This document shows positions 17,376-20,000 of a stretch of 20,000 nt of DNA, piece after piece. The translations under genes and the position numbers were made by a program. The stretch lies in NCBI GenBank assembly GCA_964593285.1, contig CAZQHZ010000006.1, forward strand, positions 44,777-64,776. The letters are read 5' to 3'. The notes under the pieces are model-generated. The model was given only the letters and a program-made list of their open reading frames with translations. It was not told where the DNA came from and did not search any database. Each line of letters opens with the position of its first letter. The first letter of the stretch is position 1. The DNA is from an uncultured Methanosarcinales archaeon (GTDB lineage: Archaea > Nanobdellota > Nanobdellia > Woesearchaeales > DSVV01).

Positions 17376-17616
17376 TTAATGATTTTTTTTATGACTTTTT
17401 TTATTCTTTTTAATGTGTTTTTTATTTTTTTTATCATTATTATTTAAATTATCTGTATAATCCATATCTAAATCTATATCTAAATTTTTTAAAGCTTTAT
17501 TTTTTTTAAAATTTTTATCATTCTCTAAATTATCTTTTTTATTTTTAAAATTATTTTTAAATAAAATAAAATTAATGATAAAAACAAATTAATATTAAAA
17601 TTATTTTACTTCTCAT
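17376..17616 (-). pseudogene. Frameshifted small ORF (~80 aa): N-terminal hydrophobic anchor plus Lys/Asn-rich tail
   Basis: AGGGG SD-like motif then ATG AGA AGT...TGT TTT TAT CAT TAA (14 codons). The +1 frame is open from the T run for about 70 codons (IINFILFKNNFKNKKDNLEND...SHKKNH*). Confidence 0.5.
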
Positions 17617-17662
17617 AAATAAACCCCTTTTTTTAAAATAAACAAAATAAATATATATAAAT

Positions 17663-18298
17663 TTATTGTATAACTACTTCATCATTTGTTTTCAAATTTA
17701 ATTTTTCTCGTAGATAATAATCACAAATAATTTCTAAAATATCTTCTTTATGAGATGTTCTTTTTGGAATAATAATTGCACAATCTAAATTATTTATTTT
17801 AACTTTATATGCATAAATATCACCAAAAGATCTATTTTTTTTAACAAAACCCTTAATTAATACCATATTTTTATTTTCAAGAAATTCTTTTACTTCAAAA
17901 GGCTTTATCTTTACATTCAAAGTTCCATGAAAAGGAATAATACCTAATTTTGAAAAAAATTGATTTTTATATTCTTTTTTTGAAACATAATATTTTCCTT
18001 GAGAAAGTCCATCAACAACAACTCCTCTCAATTCTTTTTTTTTATTAATAATATCATCTAAAATTTGATAGTACTTTTTTATTAATTTTATAGATTTATC
18101 TTCTAAAGATATAATAATACCATCATTTAAAGGATTTCTTTTAATATAATTATTACTTTCTAATTCAATTAATATACGTGAAGCACTTTGCTGTGAAATA
18201 TTCAAGGTTTTCGCAATTTCCTTAGTTTTAAATTTAAAATTACCATAAAGTCCACATTTTTTTGCTAAAAAAATAACATATTCAAGTTTATTAACCAT
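17663..18298 (-). CDS. ribK: CTP-dependent riboflavin kinase with N-terminal winged HTH (RbkR-type)
   Basis: HTH (EIAKTLNISQQSASRILIELE) plus GVVVDGLSQGKYYV, PFHGTLN, PKRTSH, LEII and LREKLNLK..DEV motifs. Confidence 0.92.
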   Translation of the reverse strand: MVNKLEYVIFLAKKCGLYGNFKFKTKEIAKTLNISQQSASRILIELESNNYIKRNPLNDGIIISLEDKSIKLIKKYYQILDDIINKKKELRGVVVDGLSQGKYYVSKKEYKNQFFSKLGIIPFHGTLNVKIKPFEVKEFLENKNMVLIKGFVKKNRSFGDIYAYKVKINNLDCAIIIPKRTSHKEDILEIICDYYLREKLNLKTNDEVVIQ

Positions 18299-18329
18299 TT
18301 TTCTAAAATATAAATATCAAAATTAAAAA

Positions 18330-18905
18330 TTATTTATTTTTATTTCTCCCACGCATTTCAACAATTTCAAGTCTTTTCAATACTTCTTTATTTGTATAAT
18401 GTTTCATTATTTCACTAAAACAAATTTTTGAAATTTTTGAATGTTTACTATCAAATGCTTGTTTTAATAGATGTAAATCAACTGCCATGTCTTCAATTTT
18501 TCTTGAAAAATAAGATAAACCAAAATCAATAAAATACACTTTTTCGTTATAAATCATATTAGATGTTGTCAAATCACCATGAATTACATTTAAATTATGC
18601 ATAAATAATAAATTTTTTGCAATACCTTCACAAATTATTTTATAATTTTTTTTATTAATTACCTCTGAAACTTTTTTCCCATTTAATTTCTCCATTTTAA
18701 TTAGCATTTTATCCTTATCAAAAAAAATATATTTTGGACAAATACCAACAAGTAATTTTAGTACTTTAATTTCACGTAAAGTTCTTGATTTTCTTAAATA
18801 AAAATCAAGTATAGAATTTCTATATTCTTTTTTTTCTCTAATTTTGATAATGTAGTCACTATCTTCATAAATTTTTGCTTCAGCACCTATAGCAATTAAT
18901 TTCAT
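18330..18905 (-). CDS. bud32: KEOPS complex kinase/ATPase Bud32
   Basis: GAEA, K.R..K.YR..LD..LRKSRT.RE, IHGDLTTSNM, IDFGL, EDMAVDL and C-terminal RGR motifs. Confidence 0.95.
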   Translation of the reverse strand: MKLIAIGAEAKIYEDSDYIIKIREKKEYRNSILDFYLRKSRTLREIKVLKLLVGICPKYIFFDKDKMLIKMEKLNGKKVSEVINKKNYKIICEGIAKNLLFMHNLNVIHGDLTTSNMIYNEKVYFIDFGLSYFSRKIEDMAVDLHLLKQAFDSKHSKISKICFSEIMKHYTNKEVLKRLEIVEMRGRNKNK

Positions 18906-19002
18906 ATTATAAAAAAAGAATTAATAAATATAAATCTTTTGGTAAAAATTTTTATAAAAATATTAAAAATAAAAACATATAATAAAATATAACAAGAAAA
19001 AA

Positions 19003-19185
19003 TTAATCTTCAACTACAATTGCTAATTCAGGACACTGAACTTCACAAGCTCTACAACCAATACATTCATCAGGTAATTTAACAATTGCTGTTTTTTCTC
19101 CTTTTTCAAAAACATTAACAGGACAAATGTCAACACAAGTATTACAATTTGTACATTTTTTTTCATCTATAATTGGTTTTGCCAT
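19003..19185 (-). CDS. 2[4Fe-4S] ferredoxin
   Basis: CTNCNTCVDICP and CIGCRACEVQCP. AGGTG SD-like motif within the end of rps3ae. Confidence 0.95.
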   Translation of the reverse strand: MAKPIIDEKKCTNCNTCVDICPVNVFEKGEKTAIVKLPDECIGCRACEVQCPELAIVVED

Positions 19186-19189
19186 TTTT

Positions 19190-19885
19190 TTAAACACCTT
19201 CTTTTTTTACATTATCAGTTTGTTTAACATCTGTTTCGTTAGATTTTTCATCTTCAGGTGAACTTTTAATTTCATCAACATTTACTTGAGATAACAATTG
19301 ATCTTTTTTTTGCAATTGTACAATTCTAATTTCTACTAATCTTAAAGGATAAATTGTTTTCAATTGCTTTTTTAACTCTTTTTGAATTCTATAATTTATT
19401 ATATCATCCATTACTTTATTATAATCATTTTTTTTAACATATTGTGTAATTAAAAATTCTGCTTTTTTTCTAAGAGTTGTTAAAACAGAATTACTAGTAT
19501 TATTCATAGTAATTAATAAAGGCTTAATTCGAATTGTTAAATTATCCTTAGTTTGACAAACAAATGATAAATCTATTCTATCTTTTGATCTTCTAATCAT
19601 TCTTTTAATAAATGAAGGAATCATTTTAAAAGAAAGTAATTTAGTATTTGCTTGATTATTTGTAAAATTTGTAATCAAAAACTTTACATTAACGTTTTGT
19701 TTTTTAACATCTCTTTTCAAAGACATTAAACTAACTTCAATTGTTTTACCAACTAATGTCTCAGGTTTCATTACAAGAGATTCTCCTAAAACTACATTCC
19801 CAAAATCCTTAGGAGAAACTATTTTTACCCATTTCTTTTTCTTCCATTTAAGTACTTCTTTAGCAGATTTTTTTGATTTTGCCAT
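19190..19885 (-). CDS. rps3ae: 30S ribosomal protein S3Ae (eS1)
   Basis: KWKKKKWVKIVSP, LVGKTIEVSL, KRMIRR..DRID and KTIYPLR.VEIR motifs, with an acidic tail. Confidence 0.93.
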   Translation of the reverse strand: MAKSKKSAKEVLKWKKKKWVKIVSPKDFGNVVLGESLVMKPETLVGKTIEVSLMSLKRDVKKQNVNVKFLITNFTNNQANTKLLSFKMIPSFIKRMIRRSKDRIDLSFVCQTKDNLTIRIKPLLITMNNTSNSVLTTLRKKAEFLITQYVKKNDYNKVMDDIINYRIQKELKKQLKTIYPLRLVEIRIVQLQKKDQLLSQVNVDEIKSSPEDEKSNETDVKQTDNVKKEGV

Positions 19886-20000
19886 ATTAATTTCACATAC
19901 ATATTTTATTATAACATATAATTTTTACAAATTATTCAAAATTTAATAAATAATTGTTTTCTAGAAAATTTGAATCATTTATAAATCTATTGATTTTTAA

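Noticed and set aside
18299..18329. RbkR operator upstream of ribK
   Set aside because: The 31-nt spacer shows no convincing palindrome, and no riboflavin biosynthesis genes are in the window.

Overview
This is a very AT-rich archaeal chromosomal segment. Gene content and style (class III signal peptide protein, intron-containing tRNAs, minimal Dph2, aCPSF1/psmB, eS1/uS15) suggest a DPANN archaeon, most likely Woesearchaeota (inference). It is mostly information-processing housekeeping: mini-Dph2, two RecJ/DHH nucleases, uS15, aCPSF1, proteasome beta, DUF167, MBF1, TruD, RadC, a metallophosphoesterase, Tyw1, RibK/RbkR, Bud32, ferredoxin and eS1. There are also two large membrane-anchored surface proteins, a pilin-like protein, and two tRNAs with introns (Trp-CCA, Arg-CCT). 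Two 100-N scaffold gaps both sit in AAT/AAAT microsatellites. I found no mobile element, CRISPR array or defence system. The most interesting signals are non-coding or structural: (1) a switch-like structured 5' leader of rps15; (2) an apparently circularly permuted box C/D guide in the tRNA-Trp intron; (3) the same C34-A mismatch in the splice helix of both tRNA introns; (4) an 84-aa stand-alone Dph2 N-domain; (5) two ORFs broken by a +1 shift at TTT-T runs, one directly upstream of tyw1; (6) a probable ~13.4 kb inversion separating rps15-recJ from rps3ae.
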